Shown here in pieces: positions 1 to 9,493 of a stretch of 64,000 nucleotides of DNA. Positions within the stretch are counted from its first letter, which is position 1, and each line of letters opens with the position of its first letter. Source of the stretch: an uncultured bacterium. Its GTDB lineage: Bacteria > Omnitrophota > Omnitrophia > Omnitrophales > Aquincolibacteriaceae. Location: contig CAYLPP010000009.1 in the NCBI GenBank assembly GCA_964385615.1, forward strand, positions 3,854 to 67,853, read 5' to 3'. Both the position numbers and the translations under genes were made by a program. The notes beneath the pieces are model-generated. The model was not told the DNA's origin and ran no database searches. It saw only the letters and a program-made list of their open reading frames with translations.

Positions 1-3000
1 CGCGGGGGATGTCAGTTCCGCTCTGCTTTTGACGGATGCCCAGTCGCTTGATTTTCACGATGCTCTCGATTTTGGTGAAGAGGCGGACCCCGCGCAGTTT
101 GAAGACCTTAAAGAAGCTTACCGGCTGGAAAAGTCGGTCAGCGGGTTTAATAGTAATGTGCTTGTCGAAATTGTTGGGAATGCCAAAACGCTTCTTTTAT
201 GGGAGCTGGAGTTCTTAGGAGCTACTGACATTCGAATTGTTAAAGATCCTGATAATCCAAAAGTTCACTATGTTTTCTTTAAATGGTCTTACGACGGGCG
301 GGAAGAAAGTAAAACGGAGCGGAAATTGAAGTACACCCAGGAGACGGTTCTCGCGAAGGCCGGGGCTTCATTGCCCTATCCCGTCAGTCAGCCGGTTTAC
401 CTGCGCAAGGCTGGGCATCTGTTCGGATTCCCTGATTTGCAATCGAAAGCTGTGGTGACCTTCAGTTCCGGAGTTCGCTTACCGGATTATAAGGCAGTTC
501 CGGGGGCGCAAATCTCGGGGTTCACTTCCGATGAAACGATTTTACCGTCCCAGAGAGATTATGTGAATCTCAAGAACGCGGTGGTGTGGGAAAAAGTCGA
601 AAAGAAAGGGATCTCTCGGGATAAAGTTAAAAATATGGTGGGTGAATGGCTCCGCAAACCCGCCATGCAGAATTTATTTCAGGCTAAAGACAAAGTTAAC
701 GGAACGGAAGCTCTCACGAACGCTATCGCGGCGCTTCTGGCAACGCCGGGGAAAACGCAATTGACGGAGCCTGAATTAGAAACCGTTTTAAACCAGCTGA
801 CTGTCCCGCACCGAAAGTTAGATAAAGGGAAAGTTAAATCCGCGCTGGGATACATCAACACCATTCTTTCCCGTTCGGAAGCCCGATCAGTGGATTTTAA
901 GGATTGGAATTGGCAAACGGGGCAGCCGATTGTTCGTAACGGCCGGGAAGACTTGCTTGTAACCCTGCCTTTGGAAGGGATCCGTGTTTCTTACGCCGAT
1001 CTTGAAAGGGCTGGAGGTTTAAGTTTAACGCTTGGAGCGGTCAGCCGCGCGGGTGCCGTTTTGAAAGTTGAGAATAACACGCTAACGGTCTCGCAGTCTG
1101 ACTCGACGGAGACTTTTCCGGCTCAGTTGTTTGTAGAGAATGATTCTGAAAACAAGGCTGTGATCTTAAAGGGAAGCAGAACGAAGCAGTTTGAGGTTTA
1201 TTTGTTTCAAAGTGATTTAACCCGGCTTCGTGACGCGGTTGAAACAGCTTTCGCGGTTGAGTTAAAAGATATTCCTGGAGCGGATATTCCGGAAATTGTT
1301 AAAAACGGTGAGGGTTTAAACCGCCTGCCTCAGGGGAGAGCGGTTCGGATTCCCTTGGCGGGTTTGAGAGAGCTTCGTTTAGCTGTTGGCGACATGACAG
1401 CCAGAGGATCCACACTGAAATACCTTCTGCTGGATTTAAATACCGGAAGAATCCGGTATTACGGCGTTCTTAAAGATGGAAAGCCGTCTCTTCTGACCTC
1501 CGGAGTGGCTAGTCTTGAGCAAGGAGCTCCTTCTATAGATGTAGTTCAGGCTGATCCGCTTTTTCAAGAAGCTCGGTCTGAACTGGCTTCGCCTGTGGCG
1601 TTAATGAACGCGGATATTGGAAATCCTCATCTTCGGATTCGCCGAGATCAAAGCGCCGTCTATGTGACTGACCTGTCGGAATCGGGGAGCTGGCTGTTTT
1701 CCTCCGATATTCAGACGGCTCTGTCGCGTTCTGAATCCAGAGCGGAACCGGTCGCTCCCGCCGACGCGAAAATTCTTATCGTGGAAGATGAAGTTGAAAT
1801 GGCGGAAGTAGTCATTGAAACGCTGGTGAGGGCCGGCGCTCTGCGTGAAAATATTAAACTGGTTACGTCGACCCGTGAATTTACTTCCGAAGCGGTTTCG
1901 GGAGGATATACGCTGATTATTCTTGATAATAATCTGGCATCGATTGGGATGTCCGGTCTGCAGGCCTTGAAGACCATGAAATCTTCTAAGGTGGAAATCG
2001 GAAAAGATTCCAAAGGGCCGGTGGTTATTTACAATTCTGATGAGAATGTTTCTGAAGGCCGGGCTTACGCGGATTTTGCTTTGGGGAAATTGGCGCGAAC
2101 CGCGGTTATCCAATCGCTTTTTAGCCAGGCTCTGAGAATTGCCGGTGAGCGCCGTTCAGAATTGCGGGTTGGTTCAGATGTTCTTGGGATTGAGGGCTGG
2201 CAAAAGAATGCCGCGGATCTGGTTTCGGAAAGCCGGGGCGCGCCTGTGTCTCGAGGTATTGGCGATTTGCAAATTATTGAAGAAATGAAAACAACGCTTC
2301 AGGTCTATGCGGCTGAGATTGAGCGAGAGGAAGGAAATAGCGGAGCGCCGATACAATTACTGACCGTTGGTTTAGGCCCGGGACATCTTGAAAAGGCCCT
2401 TCGGGGATCTTTCCCGGCTGAACGTTTTCCGATTACTGCGGTTGATCCCGCGTTGGATTCCGTGACTTCTGGAAAGATTACGGCTTCCGTGCCCGGCTTG
2501 GCGATTCTATCCAAACAAGCTGAACAGTTGGCTGTTTCTGACTTGCCGGCTACTCCGGCGGTTATTTACGGATCTTTCTTTCTGGAATATACGGACCGCG
2601 ACCGGACTCTCGAAGCATTAAAAAATATTTCGCCGCCCGGAGCCCGTTACGCGATTGTGCTCCACTACAAGAATTCTCCGGAAGCGCAATACCGCCGGGA
2701 ACTGGTAAGAGAAGAAGCTATTTATGTTCAGTTCCTTCAAGTTGCCTTGGAGATGCTCAAAAGTTCAAAATACAAATCGGCGTTGTATAACTCGATCCGG
2801 AAAGGAGAAATTACTTTCGAGAGGAGCAAAATCAAAAAGGATGTCCAAGAGGTGCTGGGAATGGTGGCTGGTAATGCGGGGGACAGATCCGCACTGCGAA
2901 AACAGCTGCCTGGCGACATTAAACGAGCTTTATCGAATTATATAAGGACTGTGGCGCAATACGCGCCTTTTCTCGCCGAGTCAGACCTTTATCTCCCTGA

Positions 3001-6000
3001 GGGTGTTTTGAGCGGCGACGAGCGAAGCCGCCTTCTTGCCCGTTTAGGAAAAGTTTTCGCGGATGAAGCGGAAGCCAAATCTTATTTTGAGGCACGGGGA
3101 TTCCTTAATGTTAAGGTCGAAAGACGCCAAGTGGGCGGAGAAGATTACTATTTCTTCGCGACTTTTCAAAATCCAGCGCGATCGGAAGTTCGGGCTTTGG
3201 AGCCTAGCCGGCGGGACGCTTTAATAACCGCCGCGGGTTTGGGTGCGTCGGCTCTTTTGACGGCTGTTTCGGGGGAAGCCGAAGGGGAAGAAATTAATTT
3301 GGGAGCCGAATGGGCCGGGGTGATTAAAAGCTTGCAGAGCGGAATCGAACTTCATCGAAACCGGTTTGGCGTGAACGGTCTTCTTGAAAATCAGATGGAG
3401 CCGGGGAGGGACAAGGATATCTCCTGGATCCGCGCGGGGGATATCGGTTTCAGCCTAAGTTCTCTAGTCATTCAGTATCTCAATGGAAATGAAACAGCCA
3501 AGACAGCGGCGCTTAAAATGATTCTTACGGCGCTTCAAACGCATGAACGTCTGGTTAAGGATTTCGGCCTGAAGATTGCCAAAGACGGGACCGCCGGGTA
3601 TGGCGCCGGCTTTGAGGGCGAACCGACAGGGTTACTGCCTGAAGTTTTGGGGCGCGACAAGACTTATTATAAAGCGGAGCCTGCCCGGGAGACAGGCATG
3701 ATCGAGTACGCGGCTTTTGACATGGCCCTGACGCATGAAAGGCTGATCACTTTGCAGGGAATTCTGGAAGATGAGTTAGCAAAAGTAAAAGGGAAGAGTC
3801 CGGCCCGGGAGAGATCTCTTGGCGAAATTCTGAAGGTTCTTAACAGGATTCTTGGCCAGGTTTCCTATCTTCCTTTCATAGACAAAGATGAAAAGCTTCA
3901 TCACAAAGTGCTGGTTTCTTCAAAAAAAGACAAAGAACCCAAGCTTACCGACGATTTAATTGACAACAAATACACGGAAGCCGTGGCGTTTCTCCCTTTG
4001 ATCGCTAGAGGGTATCTGGGGAAAAACGGTGAAAAAATTTGGGATGCCATGAAAGTCGAATGGCAGCTTCTTCCAGTGAGTGAATCGGAGAAAGTGCCGG
4101 TGATTAAAGGCGATAAAGAAGAAACCGCTTGGGCGGCTTTCTACGGGCATTTGCTGGGCGCGGCTAAATCGGCTCCCAAAACTTTAGGTTTGAGCGGTGA
4201 AAATTATACGCGCGCCGCGCTTTACGCCGCGAAAAAATACGGCCACAAAGCGGCGGGAAGCGCTCCTGGTACCGGATTGAAGGCGAATCAGTATCAGGCA
4301 TTTGGTATCCGCAACGCGGACTCGAACGATTTTTCGACGATTCCTTACGGGGTCTTTATGATGGCGCTTTCCGGCCGTGAAGGTGTGAAAAATTTAAAAG
4401 CGTTTTTGGCGGCCGTTAAAGCGGCGGGCGGGCTTTCCGCGCAGTACGGGCTTGTGGATTCTTACAATCCTAAAAATTTAAAACAGAATAACGGCAAGGT
4501 TATTTTGATGAATCAGGTTCTGATGCTGGAAGCTTTGAACGCGGAAAAACTCCGCCGTGAGACGCCTGCCGTGAAATTTACGGAAAAGAAACTGGCGGAA
4601 ACAGATGAGAAAAACCCTGTTCCCAAAAATCTGCTTCCCTCGAACGCCGCTCTTGTTGATTTAACAGCTGTCATTGTAAAAGAAAACAAGTCGGGCGCTC
4701 TGGGGGACGCGAAGCCTCCGGTGATTGAGGAGAAGAAAATGACCGTGAGCTTTTCCTCAGCGAAGGAAGGGGATTTGAGCGGCGCGTGGTTCGCGCTTCC
4801 GGCTTTCAAATTAGACGAAGGCCTCGCTGGACTTGAAGTTGCGCTGGCTGAAGGCGGAAAATTTCCGGCGGAATTAAAAATCGAATTCAAGGATGAAAAG
4901 AAAGCCGTTATTGGAGAAACGATTGTCACTTCTGACGAAATCAAAGCGGGAACCCTGAAGCTGGATATTACCAAAGTGATTCGGGCTTCAAAAGGTAAAA
5001 CCGTAAGCGAGGTTGTGATTTTTGTGACCAAGAAAGGCGAAGGTTCGTTTACGATCAATTCATTGAAGTTGACTCCGCGTTCGGAAGTGCGCACTCTTTC
5101 ATTAAGTGATGACGAACGCGAACTGCTTTTGAGCTTTTACCAGGATGTGCTTGCCAGAGCGCTGGAAATCGCGCGGGCAAAAACGGGGGACGCTTTCGCG
5201 GAAGCTTCCGCCGGAGTCTTTCAGAAGGCGATTAATTCTCTCGATGCGAAGAAAAACCAGCTGACTCGGACGGTTGGAACTTATTGGGCCATGCCGGATA
5301 TTGCACCTGAGGATCTTACGGATGCGGTCCGCGCGTCGGCGGGCAGTAGTAATGATCAGGCCGCGAACCAACTCTACGCGGCGGCTTATGAGATTTATGC
5401 CTCGGCTTACCGAGCGCTCGCCGATAAACGCCCGGTCTTCCGTTCTGAAGCCCGTATGGATTTTGCCCGCGTGGATGTCTTGATGAGGCAATTCGAAGAA
5501 AACGTCAGGGATGCGAGGCGGGCGGCGGAAGAAGGCCGTTTTGACGACGCCCGGAACGGTTTTGAAAAAGCGGCGGATGCTTATATTGAAGTTTCGAAAA
5601 TATTCAGCATGGGAAGGTTTTACGCCGACAAAGCCATGTTTCTGAACTGGCAGGAAAAAGTGGGCGGCACGCCTGTTTTTAATCCGGATCAGTTGAAGGA
5701 CTTTGATTTCAAATTTTCAAATGACCGAACCCGCGATCAGGATATTCGGCGGGTTCTGGTGAACGCGGCGCTTTTGTCCCTGGATGTCATTCGCAAACAG
5801 GGCGGCGGACTGGAGCTGACTGGACGGGTTTATGGCCAGGTCTCCGATGTCAGCGCCTTGAAGCCTGCTGATTTTTCCAGAATCGCGCGGGTCAGCAACG
5901 TGGCTTCGGACACTTACGAGTATCAGCATACACCGACCGGCGAAATTTATATCGTCAAGTTCCTCGGCCCCCGCGCCTTGCCGGAATTATTTGGGCAATG

Positions 6001-7642
6001 GCTGTTTCAGAGACTGGGTTTTTCAACCGTGGAAACGCATCTGCTGAATTTTAGCGGTCAGCCCGCCATCGTTATGAAAAAAATTCCGAATGTCGTGACG
6101 GTTTATGATTATCTGTACAGACAGCTTGGCGATCCCCGCATGTTTCAGAATGAGATTGTCGCAAACCGGCTCTTTCCCTCAGGGTACGCGAATATTTTAA
6201 AACAGTCCAAGCTCGCGGACATTCTAATCGGGTTGAAAGATGCTCATCTTCGCAACGTCCTGCTTCGGGTTGACGCCGAAGGGAATCTTCTTTCCGAAGC
6301 GCCGATTTTTATTGATAAAGAGCGGTCTCTCGGATATCAGACTGATTCAAGAACGGGGCAGGGCATACGGTTTGAACCCTACCAGCCGGCCGTAACACGG
6401 GAAAGGATCGATGCTGGTAACGATACGTTTAAACTGGGGCAGGGAGAACCTTTTTATTACCGGAACGCGAGAGTGAATGATCTAACGGAAACGGCGGAGA
6501 AAATCGCTCAGATTACCCCTGGGGAAGTTGACGCCGCAGTGCGGAAAATCACAGGAGATTTTGGGGGAGATAGGAATGATTTTCTCCCGGATCAGCTTCA
6601 GCCCGGAAAACTGGTGCCCGCTTTAAACACGGCGATCGCTTCCGTAAAGGCAATTTACGCTGTTCGTTCTGAAGTACGGCTGGCGCCGGCAGGAGGCGTT
6701 CAGGAAACAGCGGAAGAGGAAACGCTTCCCGGAATTCCTCTTAGATTTAGCGGTGTAGAATTGAAAGTCGGAATGGGATGGCTGGAAGCTCTTCTGGATG
6801 CCGGGAAAAAATGGCCGGCTGACACTCCGGTTATTTCCGTTTTGAGCGCCGGAATCGCTTATGCGGAAACACCTGCTGAATTGGAGCCGAAAGTTTTGAG
6901 GCTCGGAGATATCTGGATGAATTTGACGACGCCGGAGTCCGCGCAGGCGATTGCCGGTTTGGCCGCGCAGATGAAGGTTTCCGACACGCCTCTGGCGATG
7001 CTGACCGTGACGACGAATGAGCCCACGGATCTTCAGTCGCTTGCGGCCGCATCGATCTTGAATCCGAATTCATTTTCTGTCGTGATTTATCTTCTCCCTC
7101 AGGGAACCGCGCGCAGTGAAGTGCGCCGGGTTCAGGAAAAACTGGCGCCTGAAATTAAAAAAGTTCAGGCGTTTCAGACCACAAGCGGAATGATAGGAAA
7201 ACGCTTTCAGCTGATTGTGGCTCACCCGGCGGATGTGACCGGCCGTGTTCAGGAAGCTTCCCGGATGCTTTTCAGCCAGATGAAAAGTTCGGTCAAGGCG
7301 GTGCAGGACAGTGCGATGGATGCCTTTTTAGAGCGCTATTTCGTTCAGCTGATGATTGGTTCTGATTTGAATGTTTTGCAGGATTTAGTTCATCCCAAAG
7401 CAGCTCGGGTGCTTCGCTTGGAACTTGACGGAAAAGCTGCTGACGGCTCAAGGATGTCATCCGCCGCGATTGTGGTGCTGAGCAAGACAGGAACCGCGGA
7501 GGAGATCGACGCTGAAACCGCGGAGCTTCTCAATAAACGGGATCAGAAGCTGTTTGATATTATTCCAGATAAACTGCGGGCGTGGGAGAAAACGGTCGCA
7601 ATCGCGGTCGAGGCCGCGTTCAAGTTCGCGACCTCCGCTTAA
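1..7642 (+). CDS. Giant multidomain protein, 5' partial (frame open to window start; TTG at 29 is the first possible start). Contains a CheY-like receiver domain (aa ~575-700: ILIVEDE...LIILDNNL...PVVIYNS...GKL) and a PI3/PI4-kinase-like catalytic region (aa ~1965-2110: IVKF...GLKDAHLRNVLLRVDAEGNLL...IFIDKE). The remaining ~2000 aa have no recognisable domains.
   Basis: Continuous 7.6 kb ORF with no stop in frame 2 from nt 2. REC acidic-pocket and phospho-acceptor Asp pattern. Catalytic-loop-like D-x-H-x-x-N followed by LLxxDAEGNLL, close to the PI4K [22 protein letters not shown] block. Confidence 0.6.
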   Translation, partial: AGDVSSALLLTDAQSLDFHDALDFGEEADPAQFEDLKEAYRLEKSVSGFNSNVLVEIVGNAKTLLLWELEFLGATDIRIVKDPDNPKVHYVFFKWSYDGREESKTERKLKYTQETVLAKAGASLPYPVSQPVYLRKAGHLFGFPDLQSKAVVTFSSGVRLPDYKAVPGAQISGFTSDETILPSQRDYVNLKNAVVWEKVEKKGISRDKVKNMVGEWLRKPAMQNLFQAKDKVNGTEALTNAIAALLATPGKTQLTEPELETVLNQLTVPHRKLDKGKVKSALGYINTILSRSEARSVDFKDWNWQTGQPIVRNGREDLLVTLPLEGIRVSYADLERAGGLSLTLGAVSRAGAVLKVENNTLTVSQSDSTETFPAQLFVENDSENKAVILKGSRTKQFEVYLFQSDLTRLRDAVETAFAVELKDIPGADIPEIVKNGEGLNRLPQGRAVRIPLAGLRELRLAVGDMTARGSTLKYLLLDLNTGRIRYYGVLKDGKPSLLTSGVASLEQGAPSIDVVQADPLFQEARSELASPVALMNADIGNPHLRIRRDQSAVYVTDLSESGSWLFSSDIQTALSRSESRAEPVAPADAKILIVEDEVEMAEVVIETLVRAGALRENIKLVTSTREFTSEAVSGGYTLIILDNNLASIGMSGLQALKTMKSSKVEIGKDSKGPVVIYNSDENVSEGRAYADFALGKLARTAVIQSLFSQALRIAGERRSELRVGSDVLGIEGWQKNAADLVSESRGAPVSRGIGDLQIIEEMKTTLQVYAAEIEREEGNSGAPIQLLTVGLGPGHLEKALRGSFPAERFPITAVDPALDSVTSGKITASVPGLAILSKQAEQLAVSDLPATPAVIYGSFFLEYTDRDRTLEALKNISPPGARYAIVLHYKNSPEAQYRRELVREEAIYVQFLQVALEMLKSSKYKSALYNSIRKGEITFERSKIKKDVQEVLGMVAGNAGDRSALRKQLPGDIKRALSNYIRTVAQYAPFLAESDLYLPEGVLSGDERSRLLARLGKVFADEAEAKSYFEARGFLNVKVERRQVGGEDYYFFATFQNPARSEVRALEPSRRDALITAAGLGASALLTAVSGEAEGEEINLGAEWAGVIKSLQSGIELHRNRFGVNGLLENQMEPGRDKDISWIRAGDIGFSLSSLVIQYLNGNETAKTAALKMILTALQTHERLVKDFGLKIAKDGTAGYGAGFEGEPTGLLPEVLGRDKTYYKAEPARETGMIEYAAFDMALTHERLITLQGILEDELAKVKGKSPARERSLGEILKVLNRILGQVSYLPFIDKDEKLHHKVLVSSKKDKEPKLTDDLIDNKYTEAVAFLPLIARGYLGKNGEKIWDAMKVEWQLLPVSESEKVPVIKGDKEETAWAAFYGHLLGAAKSAPKTLGLSGENYTRAALYAAKKYGHKAAGSAPGTGLKANQYQAFGIRNADSNDFSTIPYGVFMMALSGREGVKNLKAFLAAVKAAGGLSAQYGLVDSYNPKNLKQNNGKVILMNQVLMLEALNAEKLRRETPAVKFTEKKLAETDEKNPVPKNLLPSNAALVDLTAVIVKENKSGALGDAKPPVIEEKKMTVSFSSAKEGDLSGAWFALPAFKLDEGLAGLEVALAEGGKFPAELKIEFKDEKKAVIGETIVTSDEIKAGTLKLDITKVIRASKGKTVSEVVIFVTKKGEGSFTINSLKLTPRSEVRTLSLSDDERELLLSFYQDVLARALEIARAKTGDAFAEASAGVFQKAINSLDAKKNQLTRTVGTYWAMPDIAPEDLTDAVRASAGSSNDQAANQLYAAAYEIYASAYRALADKRPVFRSEARMDFARVDVLMRQFEENVRDARRAAEEGRFDDARNGFEKAADAYIEVSKIFSMGRFYADKAMFLNWQEKVGGTPVFNPDQLKDFDFKFSNDRTRDQDIRRVLVNAALLSLDVIRKQGGGLELTGRVYGQVSDVSALKPADFSRIARVSNVASDTYEYQHTPTGEIYIVKFLGPRALPELFGQWLFQRLGFSTVETHLLNFSGQPAIVMKKIPNVVTVYDYLYRQLGDPRMFQNEIVANRLFPSGYANILKQSKLADILIGLKDAHLRNVLLRVDAEGNLLSEAPIFIDKERSLGYQTDSRTGQGIRFEPYQPAVTRERIDAGNDTFKLGQGEPFYYRNARVNDLTETAEKIAQITPGEVDAAVRKITGDFGGDRNDFLPDQLQPGKLVPALNTAIASVKAIYAVRSEVRLAPAGGVQETAEEETLPGIPLRFSGVELKVGMGWLEALLDAGKKWPADTPVISVLSAGIAYAETPAELEPKVLRLGDIWMNLTTPESAQAIAGLAAQMKVSDTPLAMLTVTTNEPTDLQSLAAASILNPNSFSVVIYLLPQGTARSEVRRVQEKLAPEIKKVQAFQTTSGMIGKRFQLIVAHPADVTGRVQEASRMLFSQMKSSVKAVQDSAMDAFLERYFVQLMIGSDLNVLQDLVHPKAARVLRLELDGKAADGSRMSSAAIVVLSKTGTAEEIDAETAELLNKRDQKLFDIIPDKLRAWEKTVAIAVEAAFKFATSA

Positions 7643-7649
7643 TCCTAGT

Positions 7650-8327
7650 TCAGGCCGGACTTTGCGGGTCCAGACTCCGCAGACGGGACTCCATTTTTTT
7701 CTGGGTCATCATGTCGCCTTTCTCTCCGGCAACTTTGATCCCGCGCTCATAAATTTCCCGCGCTTTTTTGAAATCACTGAGTGATTCTAGCGCTTGCCCG
7801 AGGCCGAAATAAGAAGAGGAGTGGCCCGGGTCAATTTCAATGGCCTTTCTGAAAGTTTCCAGAGCTTCACGCTTTTTACCGCACTCCTGATAAATCGTTC
7901 CCAAACTGAAATATCCCAGTACGTCGGCCGGATCCAGCTCGATCACTTCTTTGTAGCGCTGAATTTTTTCCTCATAATCCACTTTGGGCATTTCCTGCTT
8001 TTTGGCTTTGAGTTCCGATTTCCAGGTCAGGCGCCGTGCTTCGGCCTGTTCGTGTTCGGCTTCAAGGATCATGCCTTTGGCCACATAACAGCGCGATAAG
8101 TTAGTGTGCGCCATAATCGAATCCGGATTGACTTTGATCCACTTGCGGATCAAATCAATCGCTTCGTCGAATTTCTTTTCTTGGTGGAGGATCACGGCCA
8201 GGGCTTCATAACCGTCTTCAAAAGCGGGGGACAGTTCAAGGATTTCCCGCAATTTGCGGGCAGCTTCCGCGGGGCGTCCGTCGCGGTAATCGGTAAGAGC
8301 TTCGTGGTAAAGCGGGAGAGGGTCCAA
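7650..8327 (-). CDS. Tetratricopeptide (TPR) repeat protein
   Basis: Multiple 34-aa TPR-like repeats (YFGLGQALESLSDFKKAREIYERGIKV; GYFSLGTIYQECGKKREALETFRKAIEIDP). Start abuts the stop of the upstream DUF59 gene. Confidence 0.65.
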   Translation of the reverse strand: MDPLPLYHEALTDYRDGRPAEAARKLREILELSPAFEDGYEALAVILHQEKKFDEAIDLIRKWIKVNPDSIMAHTNLSRCYVAKGMILEAEHEQAEARRLTWKSELKAKKQEMPKVDYEEKIQRYKEVIELDPADVLGYFSLGTIYQECGKKREALETFRKAIEIDPGHSSSYFGLGQALESLSDFKKAREIYERGIKVAGEKGDMMTQKKMESRLRSLDPQSPA

Positions 8328-8630
8328 CTAAGCTTCGATTCCGAGCTTTCTTTTGCCGTCTTCGCTGATGCGTTCCGGTGTCCAGACCGGGTCAAAAACG
8401 ACTTCCACAGTGACTTCCGGGATATTGAGAGAGGTTTTGATCTTATTTTTAAGGTCATCCGGCATGGATTTCGCGGCAGGGCAGTGCTGGCTGGTCAGGC
8501 TCATGCGGATATTCACGGCCTGTTCCTTGACTTCAATATCGTAAATCAGCCCCAGATTCCAGATATCCACCGGAATTTCAGGGTCAAAGCAGGTTTTAGC
8601 GACTTCAATGACTTGATCTTTGGTTACCAT
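8328..8630 (-). CDS. DUF59 / SufT-like (MIP18 family) Fe-S cluster assembly protein
   Basis: 100 aa. DPEIPVDIWNLGLIYDI motif typical of the MIP18/DUF59 family. Confidence 0.65.
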   Translation of the reverse strand: MVTKDQVIEVAKTCFDPEIPVDIWNLGLIYDIEVKEQAVNIRMSLTSQHCPAAKSMPDDLKNKIKTSLNIPEVTVEVVFDPVWTPERISEDGKRKLGIEA

Positions 8631-8725
8631 GCAGGCATTTTAGCCGTAACCCCCGGCAGGGTCAAATAATAAGTCCTGTAATCACGAATGACAAAGAGGG
8701 ATAACTTGGTTAAAATCATGCGCTT

Positions 8726-9493
8726 ATGAAAGTTAAAAATAAAAATGTACCGTCGCTCATGGCGACTCTTCTGAACGGTTTCGCCTGGTTTCTGGCTTCT
8801 CTGGTCACTTTTGCTTATTCATCAATCGGGCTTCTGATCGTTCTCCCGATTTCCGCGATTTTTGATCATCAGCGGCGCATGATGCACATCGTGGCCATGC
8901 TTTGGGCCAAGAGTTTGATCGCGGGGCATCCGCTTTGGACTCTTGAACGTTCCGGCTTGAATTATCTGAACCGTAAAAAGTGTTATGTCATTGTCGCGAA
9001 TCATCAAAGCATTGTGGATATTCTGGTCGTGCTCGCGGCGCTCCCGACACAGTTCAAGTTTATCGCTAAGAAAGAACTTTTCAGCGTTCCCTGGCTGGGC
9101 TGGCATATGTGGGGAGCCGGGTATATCGCTTTAGACCGGGGCAGTAAGCAAAGCGGGAAGACTACGATTGATACCGCGAAAAAGTGGCTCGATGAAGGGA
9201 TCAGCGTGCTTTTCTTTCCTGAAGGAACACGCAGTGAAGACGGTCAGATTAAGGTTTTTAAAAACGGGGCTTTCAAGATCGCGGTGGAAAAAAGGATTCC
9301 GGTTCTTCCCGTCGTGCTGGATGGAACCGGAGCCACGTCACCCAAGAAAAGCAAAACGATCAGCAAGATCGCGTCTTTGCGGGTGCGGGTCTGCAAACCA
9401 GTTCAGCTTGCCGAAGACGAGACAGTGGAAAGCCTTCGCGACAGGGTTCGGGGAGCCATGACTGAAACGCTCGCCGAAATGCGCGGAGAATGA
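8726..9493 (+). CDS. plsC: 1-acyl-sn-glycerol-3-phosphate acyltransferase (lysophospholipid acyltransferase, PlsC family)
   Basis: HxxxxD acyltransferase motif (NHQSIVD) and FPEGTRS motif. N-terminal TM segment. Confidence 0.7.
   Translation: MKVKNKNVPSLMATLLNGFAWFLASLVTFAYSSIGLLIVLPISAIFDHQRRMMHIVAMLWAKSLIAGHPLWTLERSGLNYLNRKKCYVIVANHQSIVDILVVLAALPTQFKFIAKKELFSVPWLGWHMWGAGYIALDRGSKQSGKTTIDTAKKWLDEGISVLFFPEGTRSEDGQIKVFKNGAFKIAVEKRIPVLPVVLDGTGATSPKKSKTISKIASLRVRVCKPVQLAEDETVESLRDRVRGAMTETLAEMRGE

Noticed and set aside
4513-5094. 193-aa minus-strand ORF (and many other 60-200 aa minus-strand ORFs inside large + strand genes, e.g. 1601-2113, 16202-16789, 23386-24033, 36886-37440, 42194-42712, 47575-48429, 50615-51148, 59153-59683)
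   Set aside because: All are antisense to long ORFs with clear conserved motifs. They have low-complexity or Arg/Ser-rich composition typical of shadow ORFs in GC-moderate DNA.
5920-6360. Assignment of the kinase-like motif to HipA rather than PI3/PI4K
   Set aside because: D-A-H-L-R-N fits the HipA D-x-H-x-K-N pattern too, but the extended LLxxDAEGNLL...IFID segment parallels PI4K ([14 protein letters not shown]) much better. HipA is kept as an alternative, not excluded.
8106-8669. 187-aa + strand ORF
   Set aside because: Entirely antisense to the well-supported TPR and DUF59 genes; no RBS and no motif. Treated as a shadow ORF.
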